Source: an uncultured bacterium
GTDB lineage: Bacteria; Babelota; Babeliae; Babelales; JABCYS01
Assembly: GCA_963705705.1 (NCBI GenBank)
Contig: CAVPKK010000003.1
Coordinates: 1 to 64,000 of the forward strand
Direction: 5' to 3'
DNA: 64,000 nt
The translations under genes were made by a program, and so were the position numbers. Below are positions 1 to 9,260 of this stretch, piece after piece. How positions within the stretch are numbered: position 1 is the first letter of the stretch; the number at the start of each line of letters is the position of its first letter. The notes under the pieces were generated by a model. The model searched no databases. It worked only from the letters and a program-made list of their open reading frames with translations, and was not told the DNA's origin.

Positions 1-3
1 TTA

Positions 4-1641
4 ATGCGTAAAAAAAATCATATCGAAGAGCCGCTAGAGCAAGATCTTCAAACACCATCGCCGCTCTACAAAGAAAAAGAAAATACCCCATCACATATGC
101 CATACGTAGATGAGCAAGAGTCTTCTCGTGATACGATGGAGAATCGAGCACAAGCACGTCCACACGCAAGACGTCGTTCGGGTCACCCAGCAGACAATGA
201 AGGGCCAATGAATGAAGGTCCTGATCGTATAGAGACTCCACGCCCTGCTCATGCAAATTCAAACCAAGGTGTTCGCTTACGCCCTATAACAGGTGTTCGT
301 CGAAATGATTCTGGTGTGGAGCAATTACCCCCGCGATATACAAGAACAGAACAAGAATTGCAGCAGATGTCATATGGTGATATCCAGCAATTTGCCCGAC
401 GGCTTGGTGTTTCTGGCGCAACCTTAATGGCAAAGGATGCCTTAATTAAGCGCATTCTGGAGTTGCAACAAAATCCCGATCAAGATATCGAGGTAGAGGG
501 AACGCTTGAGCGTTTGCCTGATGGTTTCGGTTTCTTGCGCTCAGCCAGATTTGATTATATTTCTGGTCCAGATGATTGTTATGTTTCGCCATCGCAAATC
601 AGACGATTTAATTTACGCACGGGTGATACAGTGCGTGGTGTTATTCGCAAGCCAAAAGAAGGCGAAAAATACTTTGCTTTATTAAAGGTTACTTCAGTTA
701 ATGGTGCACCGCCATCAGAGATGGATGAACGTCCAAACTTTGATCGACTATCGCCATTATTCCCTGATAGGAAATTTAATCTTGAAGGCGATCCTACAAC
801 GCTCTCAACACGGATCATTGATATCTTTGCTCCGATTGGTAAAGGCCAACGAGGCCTTATCGTAGCGCCTCCAAAGGCTGGTAAAACGGTTCTATTGAAA
901 GAGATTGCGCAAACAATTGCACACAATGAGCCTGATATTCGCCTTATCGTGTTACTTATTGATGAACGACCAGAAGAAGTTGCCGATATGCGCCGCTCGG
1001 TTAAAGGGCCAAACGTTGAAGTAGTAAGTTCCACATTCGATGAAGCTTCTGAACGTCACGTACAAGTGGCTGAAATTGTTATTGAAAAGGCGAAGCGCTT
1101 GGTCGAAGCCAAGAAAGATGTGGTTATCCTTCTTGATTCCATTACTCGTCTTGCCCGGGCGTATAATACTACTGCACCTGCCTCCGGTAAGGTATTGACC
1201 GGTGGTGTTGATGCCAATGCATTACAATACCCAAAACGGTTCTTTGGTGCTGCACGTAACTGCGAAGAGGGTGGTTCATTAACGATCATCGGTTCCGCGC
1301 TTGTTGAAACTGGTTCTCGAATGGACGAAGTAATTTTCGAAGAGTTTAAGGGTACCGGCAATATGGAATTGCATTTAACCCGTAAGCTTGCAAATCGCCG
1401 TACATTCCCTGCGATCGACATTCTTCCATCTGGTACTCGCCGTGAAGAGCTATTATTGCCTGAAGCCGAACTTTCTAAGATTTGGATTCTACGCAAAATG
1501 CTTGGTAGCATGAATACTATCGAAGGTACTGAGCTTATTATCGATAAGATGAAAAAGTTTAAAACCAATGAAGAATTCTTTGATGCAATGACCGGCAAGA
1601 AGGGCCCGATAACTAACGGATCTACAACCGCAGCCGAGTAG
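4..1641 (+). CDS. rho: Transcription termination factor Rho with a long polar N-terminal extension
   Basis: DGFGFLR RNA-binding motif, [17 protein letters not shown]-loop [30 protein letters not shown]. Confidence 0.97.
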   Translation: MRKKNHIEEPLEQDLQTPSPLYKEKENTPSHMPYVDEQESSRDTMENRAQARPHARRRSGHPADNEGPMNEGPDRIETPRPAHANSNQGVRLRPITGVRRNDSGVEQLPPRYTRTEQELQQMSYGDIQQFARRLGVSGATLMAKDALIKRILELQQNPDQDIEVEGTLERLPDGFGFLRSARFDYISGPDDCYVSPSQIRRFNLRTGDTVRGVIRKPKEGEKYFALLKVTSVNGAPPSEMDERPNFDRLSPLFPDRKFNLEGDPTTLSTRIIDIFAPIGKGQRGLIVAPPKAGKTVLLKEIAQTIAHNEPDIRLIVLLIDERPEEVADMRRSVKGPNVEVVSSTFDEASERHVQVAEIVIEKAKRLVEAKKDVVILLDSITRLARAYNTTAPASGKVLTGGVDANALQYPKRFFGAARNCEEGGSLTIIGSALVETGSRMDEVIFEEFKGTGNMELHLTRKLANRRTFPAIDILPSGTRREELLLPEAELSKIWILRKMLGSMNTIEGTELIIDKMKKFKTNEEFFDAMTGKKGPITNGSTTAAE

Positions 1642-1672
1642 CGCTGATTATTCGTCACTTAAAACTTATGTC

Positions 1673-1715
1673 CCGCTCACCCCGAGTGATTCGCGCAGCG
1701 AATTGTATCGAGGGG
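1673..1715. repeat. Palindromic element variant between convergent rho and tsaD
   Basis: ccgctca-ccccgag-[21-nt hairpin loop]-tcgagggg; CCCC/GGGG replaces the TCCT/AGGA stem of the consensus. Confidence 0.6.
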
Positions 1716-1724
1716 CTGAATAAG

Positions 1725-2951
1725 TTAAATATCCAAGTCTAACGAATCAAATTTGTCTTGAGCCGCTTTATATGCGCCAACAAATGCAATCATGGCACCG
1801 TTATCGGTGCAATATTGTGGTGCGGGAGCAAAGAAGGTAAGTTCACGGTCGCGAGCCCAATCCGATAATTGTTGTTTCAGATATTTGTTGCAGGCAACGC
1901 CGCCGGCGAAAGTAATGGCTTTGATTTCTGGATATTGTTCCAATGCGTAGCCTAATTTTTTCTTAAAAATATCGCCTATGCAGACCAAAAGAGAACTGGC
2001 AATTTTTCTTTGCTCAATGGCTGCTTCTTCCCCAGTCAATAAAAACTTTTTATTGGCCAGATCATATACGCCGCGTTTGACCATGTCGTAAAGTACAGCC
2101 GTTTTAAGTCCTGAAAAACTGAAATCCAATGAGGCAAACTCCGTTCGTCCTGAGCGTGTCGAAGGACGGGTGTAATGATAAAAATCTTTAAAATCCATTT
2201 CACGTGCCAGCTTCTCAATCACCGGACCGCCGGGATACGGAAGCCCAAGCAATTTAGCAATCTTATCAAAAGCCTCTCCGGCTGCATCATCAATTGTTTG
2301 ACCGACGATTTGATAGTCGCCCAAACCTTCAATTAAAAATAATGCTGTATGTCCGCCGGAAGCCGTCAAGCATATATGAGGAAATGGTACATCATTTTCG
2401 ATCAATGGTGAGAATGCATGGCCTTCTAGGTGATTAATTCCAATAATAGGTTTGTTTAATGCAAACGCGATTGCTTTTGCAAAGCACAGACCAATGAGTA
2501 ATGAGCCTGGTAATCCGGGATGCGTGGTTACCGCAATCACATCTATATCATGCAGTTTGATTTTCGCTTTTTGCAAAGCCAGTGTCATTATTTGATTGAT
2601 TTTTTCTAGATGCGAACGGGATGCAAGCTCAGGTACTACGCCGCCGAATTGTGCATGCAGACTAATTTGTGAATGCAGTTCATTACTTAATACCACGCTC
2701 TGAAGATTTGGAGCATCTGCGGAGGACAAGGCAGAAACCGCTCGTCCTGAGTGTTTTGCCTTAGCATCCTTCGACAGGCTCAGGACTATCGAAGGATGCG
2801 AGCGATCTTGGTAAACGGCCGCTGCAGTTTCATCACAGGATGTTTCGATGCCTAAGATTATTATCGGGTCACAACTTATTTTTTTTTCTTTGCCGCTCGC
2901 ATCCTTCGACAGGCTCAGGACGAGCGGGTTTTTTTTGCCCGCATTTATCAT
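1725..2951 (-). CDS. tsaD: tRNA N6-adenosine threonylcarbamoyltransferase TsaD carrying three repeat-derived in-frame inserts
   Basis: LGIETSCDET, GGVVPELASRSH, NHLEGH, SGGHT, DDAAGEAFDK, FSFSGLKT, CTDNGAMIA. Confidence 0.96.
   Translation of the reverse strand: MINAGKKNPLVLSLSKDASGKEKKISCDPIIILGIETSCDETAAAVYQDRSHPSIVLSLSKDAKAKHSGRAVSALSSADAPNLQSVVLSNELHSQISLHAQFGGVVPELASRSHLEKINQIMTLALQKAKIKLHDIDVIAVTTHPGLPGSLLIGLCFAKAIAFALNKPIIGINHLEGHAFSPLIENDVPFPHICLTASGGHTALFLIEGLGDYQIVGQTIDDAAGEAFDKIAKLLGLPYPGGPVIEKLAREMDFKDFYHYTRPSTRSGRTEFASLDFSFSGLKTAVLYDMVKRGVYDLANKKFLLTGEEAAIEQRKIASSLLVCIGDIFKKKLGYALEQYPEIKAITFAGGVACNKYLKQQLSDWARDRELTFFAPAPQYCTDNGAMIAFVGAYKAAQDKFDSLDLDI
2141..2170. repeat. Palindromic element inside tsaD (encodes RPSTRSGRT)
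   Basis: ccgttcg-tcctgag-cgtg-tcgaagga-cggg. Confidence 0.8.
2738..2804. repeat. Nested palindromic element inside tsaD
   Basis: ccgctcg-tcctgag-[...tccttcga-cagg-ctcagga...]-tcgaagga-tgcgagcg. Confidence 0.85.
2893..2927. repeat. Palindromic element in the tsaD 5' end (encodes PLVLSLSKDASG)
   Basis: ccgctcg-ca-tccttcga-cagg-ctcagga-cgagcgg. Confidence 0.85.
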
Positions 2952-2979
2952 TTATACCCATTCATATAGCGAATTAATA

Positions 2980-3915
2980 TCATGTGGTATGTGGCAATTC
3001 AGTAACCATTGAAACTACCAGTGCCGGTAATTCCCGTTTTACTTCGCTTATAATGGTTGGTCTACGATGGAATGGATCAAGATCAAGAGCCGCTAAAGCT
3101 GAATGATCGGCCATCTGTAATACCATTTTCGATTCAAGATCTTTTTTCAAAACAATCCGCGGCAGTCTCGCCATATTGGCATGGCGGTCATGCCATGTTT
3201 CTGGCTCTAAAGAAGTTACATATTCGGGATTAATAAGAATGATGACCGCATTTTCCGGAATCAAGCGCATATTATTTTTATTGCCAAGCGCGGTTTGTGC
3301 GATCAACCACGGGTTTTCGTCTTTTGGAACGGCTGTATGTATTGGTGCTATATGAGCGCGGGCATGGTATCGAGGATTTCTTCGAATGGCAAAGGATTTA
3401 TACGGCGCTTGAACATCGAACGCTAAACCAGCAATCGTATTAGAATCATCTTCATTTGCGGATACCGGATGCACTGAAGCAAGTGTGAAAATGATATGCA
3501 ATAATTGTTCTTGAGCAAAAGGATCTGGCAGCTGGTAGGTACCATTATTAATATCAATGCGCATACCGTTGTAATAGGCCACGAAAGACGGTGTTTCTGC
3601 AATTTTTTCCGGTAATAATAATGAACCCACTAACGTTTTTGGTGGGGGACCATCATAGGCAATATTTTGATGAGGAACAAAAACTGGTGGAACTGAGATA
3701 GGTGCGGGTGGCGTTGGCAAGTTTTTCGCTTCTGGCTTTTGAACCATCATGGCAGGAGGGGGCTGAACAGGATTTGGGTGCCGCACATTTATTACCGTCG
3801 GCCGCGGGCCTGCATGAGGGAAGTTATCCATAAACGATGGTCGCGGCACTGCTCGATGGGCATGCATCTGCACAAAAGAAATCATAATGAGACCGGGTAA
3901 GATTCTTCGAGTCAT
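2980..3915 (-). CDS. Hypothetical secreted protein with a Pro-rich N-terminal region
   Basis: ORF track gives 2980..3951; ATG at 3915 follows GGAGGA and begins a signal-like MTRRILPGLIMISFVQMHA. Confidence 0.7.
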   Translation of the reverse strand: MTRRILPGLIMISFVQMHAHRAVPRPSFMDNFPHAGPRPTVINVRHPNPVQPPPAMMVQKPEAKNLPTPPAPISVPPVFVPHQNIAYDGPPPKTLVGSLLLPEKIAETPSFVAYYNGMRIDINNGTYQLPDPFAQEQLLHIIFTLASVHPVSANEDDSNTIAGLAFDVQAPYKSFAIRRNPRYHARAHIAPIHTAVPKDENPWLIAQTALGNKNNMRLIPENAVIILINPEYVTSLEPETWHDRHANMARLPRIVLKKDLESKMVLQMADHSALAALDLDPFHRRPTIISEVKRELPALVVSMVTELPHTT

Positions 3916-4097
3916 GTTGTTCCTCCAAAGAACTGGTAAAATGGGTGGCATTCGCCATCCTATATGTCACGGCGCTCGCTTGGAAAAAAGAATTTTTCCA
4001 ACTCGTTCGCTAATACTGGGAAGTGATACAAACTACCGTAAAGTGACTCAGCCGTAAATATAATGCCCCCAAGGGGTGAGTTTGGGATTAGATTTAA

Positions 4098-4553
4098 ATG
4101 TCGACAAAAATTTTATCGCAAAATAAAAAAGCATTATTCGATTATGAAATCCTGAATCGCTTCGAAGCCGGTATTGTGTTAACTGGTAATGAGGTTAAAT
4201 CTGTCCGGGCTGGCCATGTATCCTTGGTCGGCGCTTTCGCTAATATCCATAAAGGCGAGCTATTCCTTATCAATTGTACTATTTCGCCTTACAGCCACGC
4301 TGCTGAACAAAAAAAAGGTGAAGAATCCCGGTCGCGGAAGTTGCTTGTCCATAAACGAGAATTAAATAGGCTCATCGGCGATATTTCACGCAAAGGGGTG
4401 ACCCTTGTCGCGTTAAAAATGTATCTCAATGAACGTAATCTCATCAAAGTTGAAATTGGCATTGCTAAACATAAGAAGGCCCCAAGTAAAAAGGCAACTC
4501 TTAAAGAACGAGATATTCGCCGTGAAACAGAACGTGTCTGGCGCGGCCGCTAA
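4098..4553 (+). CDS. smpB: SsrA-binding protein SmpB
   Basis: NKKALFDYEI, EAGIVLTGNEVKSVR, RSRKLLVHKREL. Confidence 0.96.
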   Translation: MSTKILSQNKKALFDYEILNRFEAGIVLTGNEVKSVRAGHVSLVGAFANIHKGELFLINCTISPYSHAAEQKKGEESRSRKLLVHKRELNRLIGDISRKGVTLVALKMYLNERNLIKVEIGIAKHKKAPSKKATLKERDIRRETERVWRGR

Positions 4554-4710
4554 AATTCATTTCGCCTATCTAGTGCTTTTTTGCGGTACTTAAGCCAATT
4601 GTATCATTATCATGTCTTGCAATCGCATGTCTGTTTGCGATAAATTAAAAATTGCTAAATATAGCTACTCAAAATTAATTTTAATGCCTACAAAAAAAGG
4701 AAGGGTATTT

Positions 4711-5526
4711 ATGAAGAAACATATTTTGCTTGCAATGAGCGCACTTATCGTGCTCTCTAATGCGCCATTAATTGCACGAGGTGGGGGCGGCTTCGGTGGA
4801 GGCGGTGGCGGATTTGGTGGGGGCGGCCATGGCTTCGGCGGTGGTGGTTTCGGTGGAGGTCGTGGCTTCGGCGGCGGTGGCTTTGCAGGCGGTCGCGGTT
4901 TTGGCGGTGGTGGAACTTTTGCACGTGGTGGTGGTTTCGGCGGCGCTGGAACGCGTGGCGGAACCTTTGCTGGCGGTCGCGGCGGTGTCGACGGACGTGG
5001 TATCGGTGGTCGCGGTGGTCGAGGATTCGGCGGACGAGGTTTTGGCGGCCGTGGATTAGGAAATCGTGGCTGGGGAAATCGAGGTTGGGGTGGCCGAGGA
5101 TGGGGCCGTTGGGGCGGATCTTGGTGGTTTAACCCATGGTGGTCATGGTGGGGCGCATTTGGCTTAGGTCTTTGGAGCCCGCTATGGTTAGGTTGGTCAT
5201 ATCCATTATGGTGGGATACCGGATACCCTGATTGGTATTATAACTATGGTTTGGATGAAGATAACCTTAAAGATCTTGCTGAGCAACAACGCTGGGATGA
5301 TCTAATGGAACGTTATGAGCAAGCGCTTAATCGCGTGGAAGCTCTCCAAAATCAAAATGAACGTACTAAGCGAGAACAACAACTCTTTAAAGATATGGCT
5401 TGGGTTCAATCTAAGGCAAATGGCGGAAAACCAGTGGCACCTCAGGCTGGTGAAATAGAGCAAATGCAAGCTCAGGCGCCAGAAGAGGAAGCGCAACCAT
5501 ATTATGAGCAACCATACGCTTATTAA
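4711..5526 (+). CDS. Secreted Gly/Arg/Phe-rich (RGG/FGG) protein with a Trp-rich segment and helical C-terminal domain
   Basis: Likely start MKKHILLAMSALIVLSNAPLIA at 4711 after a purine-rich SD-like tract; about 110 aa of GGFGG/RGG repeats. Confidence 0.75.
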   Translation: MKKHILLAMSALIVLSNAPLIARGGGGFGGGGGGFGGGGHGFGGGGFGGGRGFGGGGFAGGRGFGGGGTFARGGGFGGAGTRGGTFAGGRGGVDGRGIGGRGGRGFGGRGFGGRGLGNRGWGNRGWGGRGWGRWGGSWWFNPWWSWWGAFGLGLWSPLWLGWSYPLWWDTGYPDWYYNYGLDEDNLKDLAEQQRWDDLMERYEQALNRVEALQNQNERTKREQQLFKDMAWVQSKANGGKPVAPQAGEIEQMQAQAPEEEAQPYYEQPYAY

Positions 5527-5532
5527 GGCAAA

Positions 5533-6779
5533 ATGATGAAGAAAACAATAATCATCAGTTTAATATTCGCCATATTGCCTGGCGTAACTTTCGCAGCAAA
5601 GGGGGCAGCAGCAAAAGCTGCTCCCGCTCCTGCGGTATCAGGCAAACAAAAAAAAGATTTAGGTTATGAAGAGGGATATGGAATCGTCGGAGCTCCAGGG
5701 CAGGTTATGCCAAGCGGTGCTCCAGCTATAAGACAATTGCAGCGGCCACCAATTCCCGCACGAGGAGCTGGTCCACTTGGCCAGCAAATAGGCTATAGAC
5801 AACAACCTTCATATCCGGCAAGGCAGAACGCTGTGAATCAACTTCCTTATCGGGGTCCAATTGCGGGTCAACCTTCAATTCCGGCGGGGCAACAAATTGT
5901 AGGCCAACCTCCATATCGAGGGCAAATTATAAATAAACCTTCGTATCAAATTCCTGGCACGGTGGGCCAACCAATTAAAAATCAGCCAGCTGCGGCTCGT
6001 CCGATACTTAGCAAACCTTTAGCTACTTCTACCGTTCCATCGGCAATGCAGCGTCCAATGGTCAAGCAAATCACACCTCAAATGAAAACAACTATTGCTC
6101 ACGCAAAGCAATCAGCAAGCCAAAAAAATGTAGTTGCACGTGCTCAAACAGTTGCTCAAAAGGCAGCTAATGCCAATACACCTGGTGGCGCAAAGGCCAA
6201 ACAAGCTACTTCTGCCTGGGCAAAGAAAAGTACTTGGCAACAAAAAGGTGGCTGGACGGGAAAACCGATCGCACAGGCGAAAAATAATATAAATCAGCAG
6301 GGTGGCATTAAGATCTCCGGGAAGGTAATTAATCCGATTACTAACGCACCATGGATTCATTTTAAAGGAGCATGGTCTCCTTGTCGAAGCGCTGGGGCCA
6401 TTGGTGGCGTCATTGGGCTATGTATGTCTTTAGGCCAGTTTGGATTACCTGGGAGTATCCGCAATGGTGGAGAGATTTACCTTTATGGTACCAACAGCTT
6501 GGGTTAAATGAGGATACGCTTATTTCCTTGGCGCAAGCCGGTCATTATGATGACCTATTTGCCCGTTTTAATGCAGCCATTGATTATCTGCAACAAGAAG
6601 TTTATCAACTTCAAGCAGAACATGATGCGCTGGTGCAACAGGATCTTATGGATGCAGCTGATCAGGTGGAGGCTAGAATTGATCAGTTGGAAGACGAGAT
6701 TAATAGTCTTAACCAAGATAGCGCTTGGGTTGCCATTCGGGCAAGCGGCGGAGCACGTCGTGTGATGCTAAATGTTTAA
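5533..6779 (+). pseudogene. Frameshifted paralogue of the 4711..5526 gene (ORFs 5533..6507 and 6372..6779)
   Basis: Signal peptide and Pro/Gln-rich region are in one frame. A Trp-rich and GL(N/D)ED.L..LA...DDL...D.AWV...A.GG domain matching the upstream gene is in another frame from about 6380. Confidence 0.65.
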
Positions 6780-6791
6780 ATTGATCTGAAC

Positions 6792-6836
6792 AAAAAAAGT
6801 CTGCTTATTAGAGAAATCTAGTAAGCAGACTTTTTT
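6792..6836. terminator. Bidirectional intrinsic terminator
   Basis: aaaaaagtctgctta...taagcagactttttt inverted repeat with A and T tracts, between the convergent CDS and tmRNA. Confidence 0.85.
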
Positions 6837-6840
6837 ATTT

Positions 6841-7210
6841 TGGTGGAGGTGACGGGAATTGAACCCGTGTCCGAGAAACGACAAACCTAAAGCGCTACAT
6901 GCTTATTCCTTGCTTATACGAATACGCTACCACAAGGACATGATATCGCGTAGAAGCTGGTTTAGTGTACGAGTAGAATACGAAACCAAAAAATCTTATC
7001 TACAAGTTCCATCTTGATTATTCGAGTTAATCCGACTGATAGACACGTCAAACTAACAAGAGTTCTAGATTCGTTTAAGCGAAAGCTAGAGCTGGTGAGT
7101 ACTCATAAGAGTCTGCACTTATTGTTTTGAACAATTGTTTAGCGAGCACTTGTCCAACGCTCGGCATGCTCTCCAGATGTACCATAACCCGTCGAAACCG
7201 GTACACCCCC
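6841..7210 (-). ncRNA. ssrA: tmRNA; tag reading frame 7116..7075 encodes ADSYEYSPALAFA*
   Basis: 5' GGGGGTG..GGTTTCGAC; 3' GACACGGGTTCAATTCCCGTCACCTCCACCA; G3.U acceptor wobble; ATAAGT-GCA resume context; 370 nt. Confidence 0.95.
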
Positions 7211-7344
7211 ATATATTTCAATGTACTATAAAGCTAGTGTAACTTTCCAGTTTTACCTGTCAAAAGGGCCTCATTTAGCTTTATATTAGAAAAAGACATG
7301 CTCAAGTTGCAATATCATTCACTTAATTAGCAGATACGCTTCCA

Positions 7345-7381
7345 GCGCGCTCATCCTGAGTTGATCGAAGGATCAGAGCGC
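7345..7381. repeat. Palindromic element upstream of the SulP gene
   Basis: gcgcgctca-tcctgag-ttga-tcgaagga-tcagagcgc. Confidence 0.85.
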
Positions 7382-7469
7382 ACAATTGACTCAGTTATCA
7401 CAATATTTGAATAAATCCTCCTTATTAGGATACACTGGCCCACAACCAAATTGTTGTAAAGGCTCACCC

Positions 7470-8666
7470 ATGTTATTCCTTACCCATATCCGCAGAAACT
7501 GGCATGCCGGATTGACGGTAGCGCTCATTTCCATCCCACTTTCCATCTCATTTGCTATAGCCTCGCATGCTACACCGCTTATGGGCATTGTGACCGCAAT
7601 TTGGGCGGGCATCATTGCCGCAATTTTTGGTGGCACAAATTACAATATCGTGGGGCCAACCGGAGCTCTTTCAGAATCAGTTGCTGCAGTTGCCATAGTG
7701 TATGGCATACATGCATTGCCCACCTTGGCCATTTTATCTGGGCTACTCATTGCTCTAGCCTATTACCTTCGACTGGATAGATTCATTGCTTTCGTTCTTA
7801 AGGGCGTTGTCCATGGTTTTACTCTGGGCGTTGCACTTATCATAGGGCTTGGGCAGATAAATTTTGCTTTGGGTCTACATATACCCACACAAAAATATTT
7901 TTTTGATGGATTGTTAGCATCTCTAAATCACATCCCAGATCTTTCATTGGCTGCTCTTTTAACGACCTGCATTTTTTTAGGCTTAATCTTTTTTTTGTGG
8001 CTAAGACTGCCTCAGTTACCACCATTGGCTGTAATAATGCCGATCGGTCTTTTTTTCGGATTGGTTGTGACCAAAATCGATCCAGATATTTTAGAAACCA
8101 TAGGCATGAGATTTGGTGAATTGAAAGCATCATTGTTTATCATGCCAAAATTTTATTTTGATTATCATATGCTCCTGCCCGCAATAGGAATAACGCTTAT
8201 CGCAATCCTTGAAACACTTATTTCTGCGAAACTTGCTGATCAGATCACCAAAACTACGCATGACCCACATAAGGAATTAATTGGCCTCAGTTTAGCTAAC
8301 ATTGCCGCCGGGTTGTCTGGCGGGTTTCCTGCGACTGCCACACTTTCCCGCACCTCGCTTAATATTAAAAGTGGTGCCGTTAATCGTATGGCAGGAGTTA
8401 TCAGCGGCCTCGGCATTGCCGTTATTTCAATTATTTTCCTTCCATGGTTTTCCTATATACCATTGCCAGTTATAGCCGCCATGCTTATTTTTTTATCGAT
8501 TCAGATGGTTGAGCATCAACATTTTAGTCATATGTGGCATAATGAGCGCTCGCAATTTTGGTTGGCATTATTCGTTGCGGCTGTGTGCATTGGCGAAGAT
8601 CCAGTAATTGGTATCCTGCTTGGCACAGCAATTGCGCTAGCTATGGAATGGAAGAAAAAGAATTAA
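7470..8666 (+). CDS. SulP/SLC26 family anion transporter without a STAS domain
   Basis: AGLTVALISIPLSISFAIAS, GPTGAL, KELIGLSLANIAAG, PATATLSRT; ATG at 7470 preferred over TTG 7386. Confidence 0.88.
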   Translation: MLFLTHIRRNWHAGLTVALISIPLSISFAIASHATPLMGIVTAIWAGIIAAIFGGTNYNIVGPTGALSESVAAVAIVYGIHALPTLAILSGLLIALAYYLRLDRFIAFVLKGVVHGFTLGVALIIGLGQINFALGLHIPTQKYFFDGLLASLNHIPDLSLAALLTTCIFLGLIFFLWLRLPQLPPLAVIMPIGLFFGLVVTKIDPDILETIGMRFGELKASLFIMPKFYFDYHMLLPAIGITLIAILETLISAKLADQITKTTHDPHKELIGLSLANIAAGLSGGFPATATLSRTSLNIKSGAVNRMAGVISGLGIAVISIIFLPWFSYIPLPVIAAMLIFLSIQMVEHQHFSHMWHNERSQFWLALFVAAVCIGEDPVIGILLGTAIALAMEWKKKN

Positions 8667-8675
8667 AATATTATC

Positions 8676-9260
8676 ATGATTAATTTAAAACAACTTCACT
8701 TTGTGACCACCAATCATGGCAAATTCGAAGAGGTCCAGCGCTGGCTTGGTGAGCTTGCGCCTGAGATTGAGCTAATTCAAGCGCCACTTGATCCTCCCGA
8801 AATTCAGTCACTTGATCTGCGAGAAGTAATCACTGCAAAAGCAGAAATCATTTGGCCATTACTCAGGAAGCCTTTTATTGTTGATGATGGCGGTATTTAT
8901 CTTGACGGGTATAACAATTTTCCTGGCACGCTATCCAAATATGTACACCAAGGGATTGGCCTCGATGGCTTTTGGAAATTGGCAAAAGATAATCCCCGAG
9001 GTTATTTCATGTCGGTGCTTGCTTTCATGACAAGTGACGCTGACATTAATTACTTTGAAGGTAAATGTGTGGGCACTTTTATTGCACCTACAGAAGAAAT
9101 AAAGCAACATCCAACCCTGCCATTTACCAAAATTTTGGTGCCTGAGGGATATAAAAAAACATTAGTTGAACTGCGCGGTTCGCCAGAGGAAAAGAAGTTT
9201 CACCACCGGTATCAAGCGGTAAAAAAATTTGTTGAGTCGTTACATGAGCAGCCAAAATAA
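8676..9260 (+). CDS. Non-canonical purine NTP pyrophosphatase (HAM1/RdgB/ITPase family)
   Basis: FVTTNHGKFEE, PEIQ, VDDGG, FPGTLSKY, C-terminal HHRYQA. Confidence 0.85.
   Translation: MINLKQLHFVTTNHGKFEEVQRWLGELAPEIELIQAPLDPPEIQSLDLREVITAKAEIIWPLLRKPFIVDDGGIYLDGYNNFPGTLSKYVHQGIGLDGFWKLAKDNPRGYFMSVLAFMTSDADINYFEGKCVGTFIAPTEEIKQHPTLPFTKILVPEGYKKTLVELRGSPEEKKFHHRYQAVKKFVESLHEQPK

Noticed and set aside
4..360. Rho N-terminal extension as a novelty
   Set aside because: Long low-complexity N-terminal extensions and insertions are well known in Rho from many phyla
4772..5059. Val/Ala-rich 95-aa ORF
   Set aside because: Alternate frame of the Gly-rich repeat
4554..6840. Genomic island integrated at the tmRNA 3' end
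   Set aside because: No integrase and no duplicated tmRNA 3' fragment seen
6841..6915. tRNA gene
   Set aside because: The T-arm and CCA belong to the tmRNA; there is no anticodon arm and the matching 5' end is at 7210
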